A stretch of 64,000 nt of DNA, taken from NCBI GenBank assembly GCA_964016885.1, contig OZ024740.1, positions 257,858,001 to 257,922,000 on the forward strand, read 5' to 3'. This DNA comes from Eledone cirrhosa (Eukaryota). Below the pieces are notes generated by a model. The model saw nothing but the letters and a program-made list of their open reading frames with translations, was not told the origin of the DNA and did not search any database. Shown piece after piece: positions 1-15,735 of the stretch. The position numbers were made by a program, and so were the translations under genes. Each line of letters starts with the position of its first letter. The stretch's first letter is position 1.

Positions 1-3000
1 GAAGTATCATTGCCGGTGTGTTTCTGTGTATGTGGAAGTATCATTGTGGGTGTGTTTGTGTGTATGTGGTAGTATCAATGTGGGTGTGTTTGTGTGTATG
101 TGGAAGTATCAAAGCGGGTGTGTTTGTGTGTATGTGGTAGTATCATTATGGGTGTGTTTGTGTGTATGTGGAAGTATCATTGTGGGTGTGTTTGTGTGTA
201 TGTGGAAGTATCATTGTTGGTGTGTTTGTGTGTATGTGGAAGAATCATTGCCGGTGTGTTTGTGTGTATGTGGAAGTATCATTGTGGGTGTGTTTGTGTG
301 TATGTGGAAGAATCATTGCCGGTGTGTTTGTGTGTATGTGGAAGTATCATTGTGGGTGTGTTTGTGTGTATGTGGAAGAATCATTGCCGGTGTGTTTGTG
401 TGTATGTGGAAGTATCATTGTGGGTGTTTGTGTGTATGTGGAAGAATCATTGCCGGTGTGTTTGTGTGTATGTGGAAGTATCATTTTGGGTGAGTTTGTG
501 TGTATGTGGAAGAATCATTGCCGGTTTGTTTGTGTGTATGTAGAAGTATCATCGTGGGTGTGTTTGTGTGTATGTGGAAGAATCATTGCCGGTGTGTTTG
601 TGTGTATGTGGAAGTATCATTGCCGGTGTGTTTGTGTGTATGTGGAAGTATCATTGTGGGTGTGTTTGTGTGTATGTGGAAGAATCATTGCCGGTGTGTT
701 TGTGTGTATGTGGAAGTATCAGTGCGGGTGTGTTTGTGTGTATGTGGAAGTATCATTGTGGGAGTGTTTGTGTGTATGTGGAAGTATCATTGTGGGCGTG
801 TTTGTGTGTATGTGGAAGAATCATTGCCGGTGTGTTTGTGTGTATGTGGAAGTATCAGTGCGGGTGTGTTTGTGTGTATGTGGAAGTATCATTGTGGGAA
901 TGTTTGTGTGTATGTGGAAGTATCATTGTGGGTGTGTTTGTGTGTATGTGGAAGAATCATTGCCGGTGTGTTTGTGTGTATGTGGAAGTATCATTGTGGG
1001 TGTGTTTGTGTGTATGTGGAAGAATCATTGCCGCTGTGTTTGTGTGTATGTGGAAGTATCATTGTGGGAGTGTTTGTATGTATGTGGAAGTATCAGTGCG
1101 GGTGTGTTTGTGTGTATGTGGAAGTATCATTGTGGGAGTGTTTGTGTGTATGTGGAAGTATCATTGTGGGCGTGTTTGTGTGTATGTGGAAGAATCATTG
1201 CCGGTGTGTTTGTGTGTATGTGGTAGTATCATTTCAGGTGTGTTTGTGTATATGTGGAAGTATCATTGTGGGTGTGTTTGTGTGTATGTGGAAGTATCAT
1301 TGTGGGTGTGTTTGTGTGTATGTGGTAGTATCTTTTCGGGTGTGTTTGTGTGTATGTGGAAGTATCATTGTGGGTGTGTTTGTGTGTATGTGGAAGTATC
1401 ATTGTGGGTGTGTTTGTGTGTATATGGAAGTATCATTGCCGGTGTGTTTCTGTGTATGTGGAAGTATCATTGTGGGTGTGTTTGTGTGTATGTGGTAGTA
1501 TCAATGTGGGTGTGTTTGTGTGTATGTGGAAGTATCAAAGCGGGTGTGTTTGTGTGTATGTGGTAGTATCATTATGGGTGTGTTTGTGTGTATGTGGAAG
1601 TATCATTGTGGGTGTGTTTGTGTGTATGTGGAAGTATCATTGTTGGTGTGTTTGTGTGTATGTGGAAGAATCATTGCCGGTGTGTTTGTGTGTATGTGGA
1701 AGTATCATTGTGGGTGTGTTTGTGTGTATGTGGAAGAATCATTGCCGGTGTGTTTGTGTGTATGTGGAAGTATCATTGTGGGTGTGTTTGTGTGTATGTG
1801 GAAGAATCATTGCCGGTGTGTTTGTGTGTATGTGGAAGTATCATTGTGGGTGTTTGTGTGTATGTGGAAGAATCATTGCCGGTGTGTTTGTGTGTATGTG
1901 GAAGTATCATTTTGGGTGAGTTTGTGTGTATGTGGAAGAATCATTGCCGGTTTGTTTGTGTGTATGTAGAAGTATCATCGTGGGTGTGTTTGTGTGTATG
2001 TGGAAGAATCATTGCCGGTGTGTTTGTGTGTATGTGGAAGTATCATTGCCGGTGTGTTTGTGTGTATGTGGAAGTATCATTGTGGGTGTGTTTGTGTGTA
2101 TGTGGAAGAATCATTGCCGGTGTGTTTGTGTGTATGTGGAAGTATCAGTGCGGGTGTGTTTGTGTGTATGTGGAAGTATCATTGTGGGAGTGTTTGTGTG
2201 TATGTGGAAGTATCATTGTGGGCGTGTTTGTGTGTATGTGGAAGAATCATTGCCGGTGTGTTTGTGTGTATGTGGAAGTATCAGTGCGGGTGTGTTTGTG
2301 TGTATGTGGAAGTATCATTGTGGGAATGTTTGTGTGTATGTGGAAGTATCATTGTGGGTGTGTTTGTGTGTATGTGGAAGAATCATTGCCGGTGTGTTTG
2401 TGTGTATGTGGAAGTATCATTGTGGGTGTGTTTGTGTGTATGTGGAAGAATCATTGCCGCTGTGTTTGTGTGTATGTGGAAGTATCATTGTGGGAGTGTT
2501 TGTATGTATGTGGAAGTATCAGTGCGGGTGTGTTTGTGTGTATGTGGAAGAATCATTGCCGGTGTGTTTGTGTGTATGTGGAAGTATCATGGTGGGTGTG
2601 TTTGTGTGTATGTGGAAGTATCATTGCCGGCGTGTTGGTGTGTATATGGAAGTAACATTGCTGGTGTGTTTGTGTGTATGTTGAAGTATCATTGTGGGTG
2701 TGTTTGTGTTTATGTGGAAGTATCATTTCGGTTGTGTTTATGTGTATGTGGAAGTATCATTATGCGTGTGTTTGTGTGTATGTGGAAGTATCATTGTGGG
2801 TGTGTTTGTGTGTATGTGGAAGTATCATTTCGGTTGTGTTTGTGTGTATGTGAGAGTGTCATTATGCGTGTGTTTGTGTGTATGTGGAAGTATCATTGCC
2901 GGTGTGTTTGTGTGTATTTGGAAGTATCATTGTGGGAGTGTTTGTATGTATGTGGAAGTATCAGTGCGGGTGTGTTTGTGTGTATGTGGAAGTATCATTG

Positions 3001-6000
3001 CGGGTGTGTTTGTGTGTATGTGGAAGTATCATTGTGGGTGTGTTTGTGTGTATGTGGAAGTATCATTGCGAGTGTGTTTGTGTGTATGTGGAAGTATCAT
3101 TGTGGGTGTGTTTGTGTGCATGTGGAAGTATCATTGCGGGTGTGTTTGTGTGTATGTGGAAGTATCATTGTGGGTGTGTTTGTGTGTATGTGGAAGTATC
3201 ATTGCGGGTGTGTTTGTGTGTATGTGGAAGTATCATTGCGGGTGTGTTTGTGTGTATGTGGTAGTATCATTGCGGGTGTGTTTGTGTGTATGTGGAAGTA
3301 TCATTGTGGGTGTGTTGGTGTGTATGTGGAAGTATCATTGCCGGTGTGTTTGTGTGTATTTGGAAGTATCATTGCGGGTGTGTTTGTGTGTATGTGGTAG
3401 TATCATTGCGGGTGTGTCTGTGTGTATGTGGAAGTATCATTGCGGGTGTGTTTGTGTGTATGTGGAAGTATCATTGCGGGTGTGTTTGTGTGTATGTGGT
3501 AGTATCATTGCGGGTGTGTTTGTGTGTATGTGGAAGTATCATTGCGGGTTTGTTTGTGTGTATGTGGAAGTATCATTGCCAGTGTGTTTGTGTGTATGTG
3601 GAAGTATCATTGTGGTCGTGTTTGTGTGTATGTGGAAGTATCATTCCGGGTGTGTTTGAGTGTATGTGGAAGTAACATTGCGGGTGTGTTTGTGTGTATG
3701 TGGAAGTATCATTGTGGGTGTGTTTGTGTGTATGTGGAAGTATCATTGTTGGTGTGTTTGTGTGTATGTGGAAGTATCATTGTGGGTGTGTTTGTGTGTA
3801 TGTGGAAGTATCATTGTGGGTGTGTTTGTGTGTATGTGGAAGTATCATTATACGTGTGTTTGTGTGTATGTGGAAGTATCATTGTGGGTATGTTTGTGTG
3901 ATTGTGGAAGTATCATTGTGGGTTTGGTTTTTGCGTATGTGGAATTATAATTGCCGGTGTGTTTGTGTGTATGTGGAAGTATCATTGCCGGTGTGTTTGT
4001 GTGTATGTGTAAATATCATTGCCGGTGTGTTTGTGTGTATGTGGTAGCATCATTGCCGGTGTGTTTGTGTGTATATGGAAGTATCATTGCGCGTGTGTTT
4101 GTGTGTATGTGGAAGTATCATTGTGGGTGTGTTTGTGTGTATGTGGAAGTATCATTGCGGGTGTGTTTGTGTGTATGTGGAAGTATCATTGCGGGTATGT
4201 TTGTGTGTATGTGGAAGTATCATTGCGGGTGTGTTTGTGTGTATGTGGAAGTATCATTGCTGGTGTGTTTGTGTGTATGTGGAAGTATCATTGCGGGTGT
4301 GTTTGTGTGTATGTGAAAGTATCATTGCCGGTGTGTTTGTGTGTATGTGGTAGTATCATTGTGGGTGTGTTGGTGTGTATGTGAAGTATTATTGTGGGTG
4401 TGTTTGTGTGATTGTGGAAGTATCATTGCGGGTGGTTTTGTGTGTATGTGGAAGTATCATTGCGGGTGTGTTTATATGTATGTGGATTTATCATTGTGGG
4501 TGTGTCTGTGTGTATGTGGAAGTATAATTGTGGGTGTGTTTGTGTGATAGTGGAAGTATCATTGCGGGTGTGTTTGTGTGTATGTGGAAGTATAATTGCC
4601 GGTGTGTTTGTGTCTATGTGGAAGTATCATTACCGGTGTGTTTGTGTGTATGTGGAAGTAACATTGCCGGTGTGTTTGTGTGTATGTGGAAGTATCATTA
4701 AAGCTGTGTTTGTGTGTATGTGGATGAATCATTGCGGGTGTGTTTGTGTGTATGTGTAAGTATCATTGCCGGTGTGTTTGTGTGTATGTGGAAGTATCAT
4801 TGCGGGTGTGTTTGTGTGTATGTGGAAGTATCATTTCGGGTGTGTTTGTGTGTATGTAGTAGTATCATTGTGGGTGTGTTTGTGTGTATGTGGAAGTATC
4901 ATTGCGGTGTGTTTGTGTGTATGTGGAAGTATCATTGTGGGTGTGTTTGTGTGTATGTGGAAGTATCATTATGCGTGTGTTTGTGTGTATGTGGAAGTAT
5001 CATTGCCGGCGTGTTGGTGTGTATATGGAAGTAACATTGCTGGTGTGTTTGTGTGTATGTTGAAGTATCATTGTGGGTGTGTTTGTGTTTATGTGGAAGT
5101 ATCATTTCGGTTGTGTTTATGTGTATGTGGAAGTATCATTATGCGTGTGTTTGTGTGTATGTGGAAGTATCATTGTGGGTGTGTTTGTGTGTATGTGGAA
5201 GTATCATTTCGGTTGTGTTTGTGTGTATGTGAGAGTGTCATTATGCGTGTGTTTGTGTGTATGTGGAAGTATCATTGCGGGTGTGTTTGTGTGTATGTGG
5301 AAGTATCATTGTGGGTGTGTCTGTGTGTATGTGGAAGTATCATTGCGGGTGTGTTTGTGTGTATGTGGAAGTATCATTGTGGGTGTGTTTGTGTGCATGT
5401 GGAAGTATCATTGCGGGTGTGTTTGTGTGTATGTGGAAGTATCATTGTGGGTGTGTTTGTGTGTATGTGGAAGTATCATTGCGGGTGTGTTTGTGTGTAT
5501 GTGGAAGTATCATTGCGGGTGTGTTTGTGTGTATGTGGAAGTATCATTGCGGGTGTGTTTGTGTGTATGTGGTAGTATCATTGCGGGTGTGTTTGTGTGT
5601 ATGTGGAAGTATCATTGTGGGTGTGTTGGTGTGTATGTGGAAGTATCATTGCCGGTGTGTTTGTGTGTATTTGGAAGTATCATTGCGGGTGTGTTTGTGT
5701 GTATGTGGTAGTATCATTGCGGGTGTGTCTGTGTGTATGTGGAAGTATCATTGCGGGTGTGTTTGTGTGTATGTGGAAGTATCATTGCGGGTGTGTTTGT
5801 GTGTATGTGGTAGTATCATTGCGGGTGTGTTTGTGTGTATGTGGAAGTATCATTGCGGGTTTGTTTGTGTGTATGTGGAAGTATCATTGGGGTTGTGTTT
5901 GTGTGTATGTGGAAGTATCATTTTGGGTGTGTTTGTGTGTATGTGGAAGAATCATTGCGGGTATGTTTGAGTGTATGTGGAAGAAACATTGCGGGTGTGT

Positions 6001-9000
6001 TTGTGTGTATGTGGAAGTATCATTGTGGGTGTGTTTGTGTGTATGTGGAAGTATCATTGTTGGTGTGTTTGTGTGTATGTGGAAGTATCATTGTGGGTGT
6101 GTTTGTGTGTATGTGGAAGTATCATTGTGGGTGTGTTTGTGTGTATGTGGAAGTATCATTGCGGGTGTGTTTGTGTGTATGTGGAAGTATCATTGCGGGT
6201 GTGTTTGTGTGTATGTGGAAGTATCATTGCGGGTATGTTTGTGTGTATGTGGAAGTATCATTGCGGGTGTGTTTGTGTGTATGTGGAAGTATCATTGCTG
6301 GTGTGTTTTTGTGTATGTGGAAATATCATTGCGGGTGTGTTTGTGTATATGTGAAAGTATCATTGCCGGTGTGTTTGTTTGTATGTGGTAGTATCATTGT
6401 GGGTGTGTTGGTGTATATGTGGAAGTATCATTGCGGGTGTGTTTGTGTGTATGTGGAAGTATTATTGCCAGTGTGTTTGTGTGTATGTGGAAGTATCATT
6501 GCGGGTGGTTTTGTGTGTATGTGGAAGTATCATTGCGGGTGTGTTTATATGTATGTGGATTTATCATTGTGGGTGTGTCTGTGTGTATGTGGAAGTATCA
6601 TTGCGGGTGTGTTTGTGTGTATGTGGAAGTATCATTGGGGGGGGTGTTTGTGTGTATGTGGAAGTATCATTGCGGGTGTGTTTGTGTCTACGTGGAAGTA
6701 TCATTGTGGGTGTGTTTGTGTGTATGTGGAAGTATAATTGCCGGTGTGTTTGTGTGTATGTGGAAGTAACATTGCCGGTGTGTTTGTGTGTATGTGGAAG
6801 TATCATTAAAGCTGTGTTTGTGTGTATGTGGAAGAATCATTGCGGGTGTGTTTGTGTGTATGTGGAAGTATCATTGCGGTTGTGTTTGTGTGTATGTGGA
6901 AGTATCATTGCGGGTGTGTTTGTGTGTATGTGGAAGTATCATTTCGGGTGTGTTTGTGTGTATGTAGTAGTATCATTGTGGGTGTGTTTGTGTGTATGTG
7001 GAAGTATCATTGCGGTGTGTTTGTGTGTATGTGGAAGTATCATTGTGGGTGTGTTTGTGTGTATGTGGAAGTATCATTATGCGTGTGTTTGTGTGTATGT
7101 GGAAGTATCATTGCGGGTGTGTTTGTGTGTATGTGGAAGTATCATTGCGGGTGTGTTTGTGTGTATGTGGAAGTATCATTGCGGGTGTGTTTGTGTTAAA
7201 GTGGAAGTATCATTGCGGTTGTGTTTGTGTGTATGTGGAAGTATCATTATGCGTCTGTTTGTGTGTATGTGGAAGTATCATTGCGGGTGTGTTTGTGTGT
7301 ATGTGGTAGTATCATTGCGGGTGTGTTTGTGTGTATGTGGTAGTATCATTGCGGGTGTGTTTGTGTGTATGTGGATGTATCATTGCGGGTGTGTTTGTGT
7401 GTATGTGGAAGTATCATTGCGGGTGTGATTGTGTGTATGTGGAAGTATCATTGCGGGTGTGTTTGTGTGTATGTGGAAGTATCATTGCGGGTGTGTTTGT
7501 GTGTATGTGGAAGTATCATTGCGGGTGTGTTTGTGTGTATGTCGAAGTATCATTGCGGGTGTGTTTGTGTGTATGTCGAAGTAACATTGTGGGTGTGTTT
7601 GTGTGTATGTGGAAGTATCATTGTGGGAGTGTTTGTGTGTATGTGGAAGTATCATTGTGGGTGTGTTTGTGTGTATGTGGAAGTATCATTGTGGGTGTGT
7701 TTGTGTGTATGTGGTAGTATCATTGCGGGTGTGTTTGTGTGTATATGGAAATATCATTGCGGATGTGTTTGTGTGTATGTGGAAGTATCATTGCGGGTGT
7801 GTTTGTGTGTATGTGGAAGAATCATTGTGGGTGTGTTTGTGTGTATGTGGCAGTATCATTGCGGGTGTGTTTGTGTGATAGTGGAAGTATCATTGCGGGT
7901 GTGTTTGTGTGTATGTGGAAGTATAATTGCCGGTGTGTTTGTGTCTATGTGGAAGTATCATTACCGGTGTGTTTGTGTGTATGTGGAAGTAACATTGCCG
8001 GTGTGTTTGTGTGTATGTGGAAGTATCATTAAAGCTGTGTTTGTGTGTATGTGGATGAATCATTGCGGGTGTGTTTGTGTGTATGTGTAAGTATCATTGC
8101 CGGTGTGTTTGTGTGTATGTGGAAGTATCATTGCGGGTGTGTTTGTGTGTATGTGGAAGTATCATTTCGGGTGTGTTTGTGTGTATGTAGTAGTATCATT
8201 GTGGGTGTGTTTGTGTGTATGTGGAAGTATCATTGCGGTGTGTTTGTGTGTATGTGGAAGTATCATTGTGGGTGTGTTTGTGTGTATGTGGAAGTATCAT
8301 TATGCGTGTGTTTGTGTGTATGTGGAAGTATCATTGCCGGCGTGTTGGTGTGTATATGGAAGTAACATTGCTGGTGTGTTTGTGTGTATGTTGAAGTATC
8401 ATTGTGGGTGTGTTTGTGTTTATGTGGAAGTATCATTTCGGTTGTGTTTATGTGTATGTGGAAGTATCATTATGCGTGTGTTTGTGTGTATGTGGAAGTA
8501 TCATTGTGGGTGTGTTTGTGTGTATGTGGAAGTATCATTTCGGTTGTGTTTGTGTGTATGTGAGAGTGTCATTATGCGTGTGTTTGTGTGTATGTGGAAG
8601 TATCATTGCGGGTGTGTTTGTGTGTATGTGGAAGTATCATTGTGGGTGTGTCTGTGTGTATGTGGAAGTATCATTGCGGGTGTGTTTGTGTGTATGTGGA
8701 AGTATCATTGTGGGTGTGTTTGTGTGCATGTGGAAGTATCATTGCGGGTGTGTTTGTGTGTATGTGGAAGTATCATTGTGGGTGTGTTTGTGTGTATGTG
8801 GAAGTATCATTGCGGGTGTGTTTGTGTGTATGTGGAAGTATCATTGCGGGTGTGTTTGTGTGTATGTGGAAGTATCATTGCGGGTGTGTTTGTGTGTATG
8901 TGGTAGTATCATTGCGGGTGTGTTTGTGTGTATGTGGAAGTATCATTGTGGGTGTGTTGGTGTGTATGTGGAAGTATCATTGCCGGTGTGTTTGTGTGTA

Positions 9001-12000
9001 TTTGGAAGTATCATTGCGGGTGTGTTTGTGTGTATGTGGTAGTATCATTGCGGGTGTGTCTGTGTGTATGTGGAAGTATCATTGCGGGTGTGTTTGTGTG
9101 TATGTGGAAGTATCATTGCGGGTGTGTTTGTGTGTATGTGGTAGTATCATTGCGGGTGTGTTTGTGTGTATGTGGAAGTATCATTGCGGGTTTGTTTGTG
9201 TGTATGTGGAAGTATCATTGGGGTTGTGTTTGTGTGTATGTGGAAGTATCATTTTGGGTGTGTTTGTGTGTATGTGGAAGAATCATTGCGGGTATGTTTG
9301 AGTGTATGTGGAAGAAACATTGCGGGTGTGTTTGTGTGTATGTGGAAGTATCATTGTGGGTGTGTTTGTGTGTATGTGGAAGTATCATTGTTGGTGTGTT
9401 TGTGTGTATGTGGAAGTATCATTGTGGGTGTGTTTGTGTGTATGTGGAAGTATCATTGTGGGTGTGTTTGTGTGTATGTGGAAGTATCATTGCGGGTGTG
9501 TTTGTGTGTATGTGGAAGTATCATTGCGGGTGTGTTTGTGTGTATGTGGAAGTATCATTGCGGGTATGTTTGTGTGTATGTGGAAGTATCATTGCGGGTG
9601 TGTTTGTGTGTATGTGGAAGTATCATTGCTGGTGTGTTTTTGTGTATGTGGAAATATCATTGCGGGTGTGTTTGTGTATATGTGAAAGTATCATTGCCGG
9701 TGTGTTTGTTTGTATGTGGTAGTATCATTGTGGGTGTGTTGGTGTATATGTGGAAGTATCATTGCGGGTGTGTTTGTGTGTATGTGGAAGTATTATTGCC
9801 AGTGTGTTTGTGTGTATGTGGAAGTATCATTGCGGGTGGTTTTGTGTGTATGTGGAAGTATCATTGCGGGTGTGTTTATATGTATGTGGATTTATCATTG
9901 TGGGTGTGTCTGTGTGTATGTGGAAGTATCATTGCGGGTGTGTTTGTGTGTATGTGGAAGTATCATTGGGGGGGGTGTTTGTGTGTATGTGGAAGTATCA
10001 TTGCGGGTGTGTTTGTGTCTACGTGGAAGTATCATTGTGGGTGTGTTTGTGTGTATGTGGAAGTATAATTGCCGGTGTGTTTGTGTGTATGTGGAAGTAA
10101 CATTGCCGGTGTGTTTGTGTGTATGTGGAAGTATCATTAAAGCTGTGTTTGTGTGTATGTGGAAGAATCATTGCGGGTGTGTTTGTGTGTATGTGGAAGT
10201 ATCATTGCGGTTGTGTTTGTGTGTATGTGGAAGTATCATTGCGGGTGTGTTTGTGTGTATGTGGAAGTATCATTTCGGGTGTGTTTGTGTGTATGTAGTA
10301 GTATCATTGTGGGTGTGTTTGTGTGTATGTGGAAGTATCATTGCGGTGTGTTTGTGTGTATGTGGAAGTATCATTGTGGGTGTGTTTGTGTGTATGTGGA
10401 AGTATCATTATGCGTGTGTTTGTGTGTATGTGGAAGTATCATTGCGGGTGTGTTTGTGTGTATGTGGAAGTATCATTGCGGGTGTGTTTGTGTGTATGTG
10501 GAAGTATCATTGCGGGTGTGTTTGTGTTAAAGTGGAAGTATCATTGCGGTTGTGTTTGTGTGTATGTGGAAGTATCATTATGCGTCTGTTTGTGTGTATG
10601 TGGAAGTATCATTGCGGGTGTGTTTGTGTGTATGTGGTAGTATCATTGCGGGTGTGTTTGTGTGTATGTGGTAGTATCATTGCGGGTGTGTTTGTGTGTA
10701 TGTGGATGTATCATTGCGGGTGTGTTTGTGTGTATGTGGAAGTATCATTGCGGGTGTGATTGTGTGTATGTGGAAGTATCATTGCGGGTGTGTTTGTGTG
10801 TATGTGGAAGTATCATTGCGGGTGTGTTTGTGTGTATGTGGAAGTATCATTGCGGGTGTGTTTGTGTGTATGTCGAAGTATCATTGCGGGTGTGTTTGTG
10901 TGTATGTCGAAGTAACATTGTGGGTGTGTTTGTGTGTATGTGGAAGTATCATTGTGGGAGTGTTTGTGTGTATGTGGAAGTATCATTGTGGGTGTGTTTG
11001 TGTGTATGTGGAAGTATCATTGTGGGTGTGTTTGTGTGTATGTGGTAGTATCATTGCGGGTGTGTTTGTGTGTATATGGAAATATCATTGCGGATGTGTT
11101 TGTGTGTATGTGGAAGTATCATTGCGGGTGTGTTTGTGTGTATGTGGAAGAATCATTGTGGGTGTGTTTGTGTGTATGTGGCAGTATCATTGCGGGTGTG
11201 TTTGTGTGTATGTGGAAGTATCATTGCCGGTGTGTTTGTGTGTATGTGGAAGTATCATTGCGGGTGTGTTTGTGTGTATGTGGTAATATCATTGCGGGTG
11301 TGTTTGTGTGTATATGGAAGTATCATTGCCAGTGTTTTTGTGTGTATGTGGAAGTATCATTGCGGTTGTGTTTGTGTGTATGTGGAAGTATCATTATGCG
11401 TGTGTTTGTGTGTATGTGGTAGTATCATTGCACGTGTGTTTGTGTGTATATGGAAGTATCATTGCGGATGTGTTTGTGTGTATGTGGAAGTATCATTGTG
11501 GGCGTGTTTGTGTGATTGTGGAAGTATCATTGTGGGCGTGTTTGTGTGTATGTGGAAGTATCATTGTGGGTGTGTTTGTGTGTATGTGAGAGTATCATTG
11601 TGGGCGTGTTTGTGTGTATGTGGAAGTATCATTGTGGGTGTGTTTGTGTGTATGTGGAAGTATCATTGCCGGTGTTTTTGTGTGTATGTGGAAGTATCAT
11701 TGTGGGTGTGTTTGTGTGTATGTGGAAGTATCATTGCGGGTGTGTTTGTGTGTATGTGGAAGTATCATTGCTGGTGTGTTTGTGTTTATGTTGAATTATC
11801 ATTGCGGGTGTGTTTGTGTGTATGTGGAAGTATCATTGCGGGTGTGTTTGTGTGTATGTGGAAGTATCATTACCGGTGTGTTTGTGTGTATGTGGTAGTA
11901 TCATTGTGGGTCTCTTTGTGTGTATGTAGAAGTAACATTGCGGGTGTGTTTTTGTGATTGTGGAAGTATCATTGCGGGTTTTTTTGTGTGTATGTGGTAG

Positions 12001-12003
12001 TAA
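1..12003. repeat. 34-bp tandem satellite (consensus GAAGTATCATTGCGGGTGTGTTTGTGTGTATGTG), about 350 units, truncated by the window start
   Basis: Continuous 34-bp periodicity visible directly; variants GCGG/GTGG/GCCG and GAAGAATC; decays at ~11900-12003. Confidence 0.98.
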
Positions 12004-12141
12004 TCAGTAAATACGTAAATGTAAAGCTCGCTCTGTTTTCTAATATATACAACCTGACCTAACATAGAGTGCTGATTTTGGTACCAGCCAGAGTACACTA
12101 CCCATCGCCTGAAGCACCTAATATAGATGTATACCCCCCTC

Positions 12142-13610
<1,469 letters not shown>

Positions 13611-14529
13611 TAGCCGTAAGGAGAGACAAAACAAATGCAAGAAGAATAAAAGGAGTGAGAGAAATCAAGAAAAAGCAATGGATAAATTAAGAGACCGAAA
13701 ACTAAAGATGTGAACGAAGACGGCAAAGTATAAACAAAAGAACAAATAGAAGACAAAATGTATTGAAGGGTGTAAGTAGGAGGTAATAATCTATTGGGGT
13801 TGGAGGGGATGCTGGTAAACTAGGTTTATTTTGTTGGCATCAACGAAAGTGATCTTGTGATCACAGCAGTAAATTAAGTTCCATTTAAGCATAACCATAC
13901 ATTCCATCCCTCCCTTTCTCAAAATGGCCGCTAGTCGTTTCTGCATGAGACTTGCCTAACCCAATAACGATCTTATAATAAATTGCTGTTCCATTTAATA
14001 GGACGCCATTATTAAGTACCTCCAAGACTCTGTCTATTCTGAGACGAGGCGACGATTATTCTCGTCTTCCTTGTTGTTTTGTTGTAGACTTTATTGTTTT
14101 TCTTATTGTTGTTATTCTTATTCTCATTTTTTTAGTTTTTGTTTTGTCTTGTTTTATTATTATAATATTGTTTTTTTTTATCATCTCCTAATTTTTCGTC
14201 ATCAACATTACGCTTCAGCACAAGATTTTGGCATACGCATACGTGCATACATTCACATTCGAAAACGCAGTCATACACACACATACACACAAACACACAT
14301 ACACACACAAACACTCACTCACATATACATTTATATATAGGTGGATATATGTGTACGTATTTATATTGATTGCAAACGTTTTCAAGCACCTTCTTTCAGA
14401 TGCATACGCAAATATATGAACATAAACACACGCGTACTGAAAGGAACACGTATAAATATATGTATATAAATATATATAAGTGTGCGTTTATATGGAAGGG
14501 GATATGTGTGTATGTATTGTGTGCGGGAA

Positions 14530-14680
14530 AGTGCGTGTGGCTTAGTGGTTAGGGTGTTCGGCATAAAACCATAAGTTTATGAGCTCAATTTCCAACGGCG
14601 TATTCCAACGGCGTATTCCAACGACGTGTTGTGTTCCTGTGCAAGACATTTTAAATTACACACCTGCAATCCATTCCACT
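14530..14680 (+). mobile_element. tRNA-derived SINE fragment
   Basis: A-box-like TGGCTTAGTGG followed by a degenerate B box and a GTGTTGTGTTCCTGTGCAAGACA core-like segment. Confidence 0.55.
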
Positions 14681-14799
14681 GGCAAAAATATACTTCAAAA
14701 GGATAGCCTTGTCAAACATTATGATACGCTTAATTTCACTTAGAACTAAACTAAAGATACACGTGTCTGTGGAATACTCAATTATATACACGATGATCT

Positions 14800-14985
14800 C
14801 ACAAGCAGCCTTCTGACAGGATCTGCTAAAAGGTTGCGGATATGTACCTTCCAAGACTTCGTAATCGGTGTCTGCTTGCGAAACCAAGTCCAAAACATTT
14901 GGCACTTTTATCAAGGAGCTCCTGTATGCTGATAATGCAGATTTTGTGGCACACACTGTAGAGGACATGAAGTTGATATTGGACA

Positions 14986-14990
<5 letters not shown>
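14800..14990 (+). pseudogene. RTE-clade LINE reverse transcriptase fragment
   Basis: Manual translation TFIKELLYADNADFVAHTVEDMKLILDT matches the RTE-type (E)LLYADD catalytic motif. Confidence 0.7.
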
Positions 14991-15027
<37 letters not shown>

Positions 15028-15264
15028 AAAATAACGGAGTAAAGGACTCGCGTATAATCCTGTAATCCAATGAGCTCAAAGGACAGAGTTTTCATGGGCA
15101 TTTTAAAATACAAAATATAGAGAGGAAAAACACAGGAGAGTGTGTTTTCATTTACAGGATTTTAAACCACAAGCGTGAAGAGAATATAAGCTAAGAGAGG
15201 TGTAGGAAAAACATTATAATTATAGGGATAAATTAAAATGAAAAACCAATCTCATAACTAAATG

Positions 15265-15329
15265 GCACTAAGAGATTGTTTCACAGTATAGTGGGTTCAA
15301 ATCCAGCTTTGTGGATCATCAGCAAGTGC
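15265..15329 (-). ncRNA. Degenerate type I hammerhead ribozyme
   Basis: Minus strand gcacttg-CTGATGA-...-GAAACAATCTC-ttagtgc; stem I GCACT/AGTGC; stems II and III imperfect. Confidence 0.45.
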
Positions 15330-15373
15330 TTGAGCTGATATTGTCCCCACTACTAAAGCCTCCATATTAGTTA

Positions 15374-15451
<78 letters not shown>

Positions 15452-15658
15452 CATAATTGATAGTCCTCAGTGGAATATGCATAACGGAGTTTCAAATAAA
15501 CCGGAATCAACTGAATATGGCCTCCGATCTTTTATTAATATATAATGCTCCGACCTGCCTTATTTCTACATGTCGTTGAGCGATTCTTTTTATTTGCTTC
15601 ACAACCGACTGACCTTAGTGTGGTCCGTACATCCCTCTTCGGTTAACCCCATACTCTA

Positions 15659-15729
<71 letters not shown>

Positions 15730-15735
<6 letters not shown>

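Noticed and set aside
26-11957. Long Cys/Val-rich ORFs in all three plus frames (metallothionein/keratin-associated-like)
   Set aside because: The 34-bp unit has no stop in any plus frame, so all frames give the same 34-aa cycle; the ORFs are satellite artefacts.
1-12003. CRISPR-like array (34-bp periodicity)
   Set aside because: No unique spacers, no cas genes, eukaryotic context.
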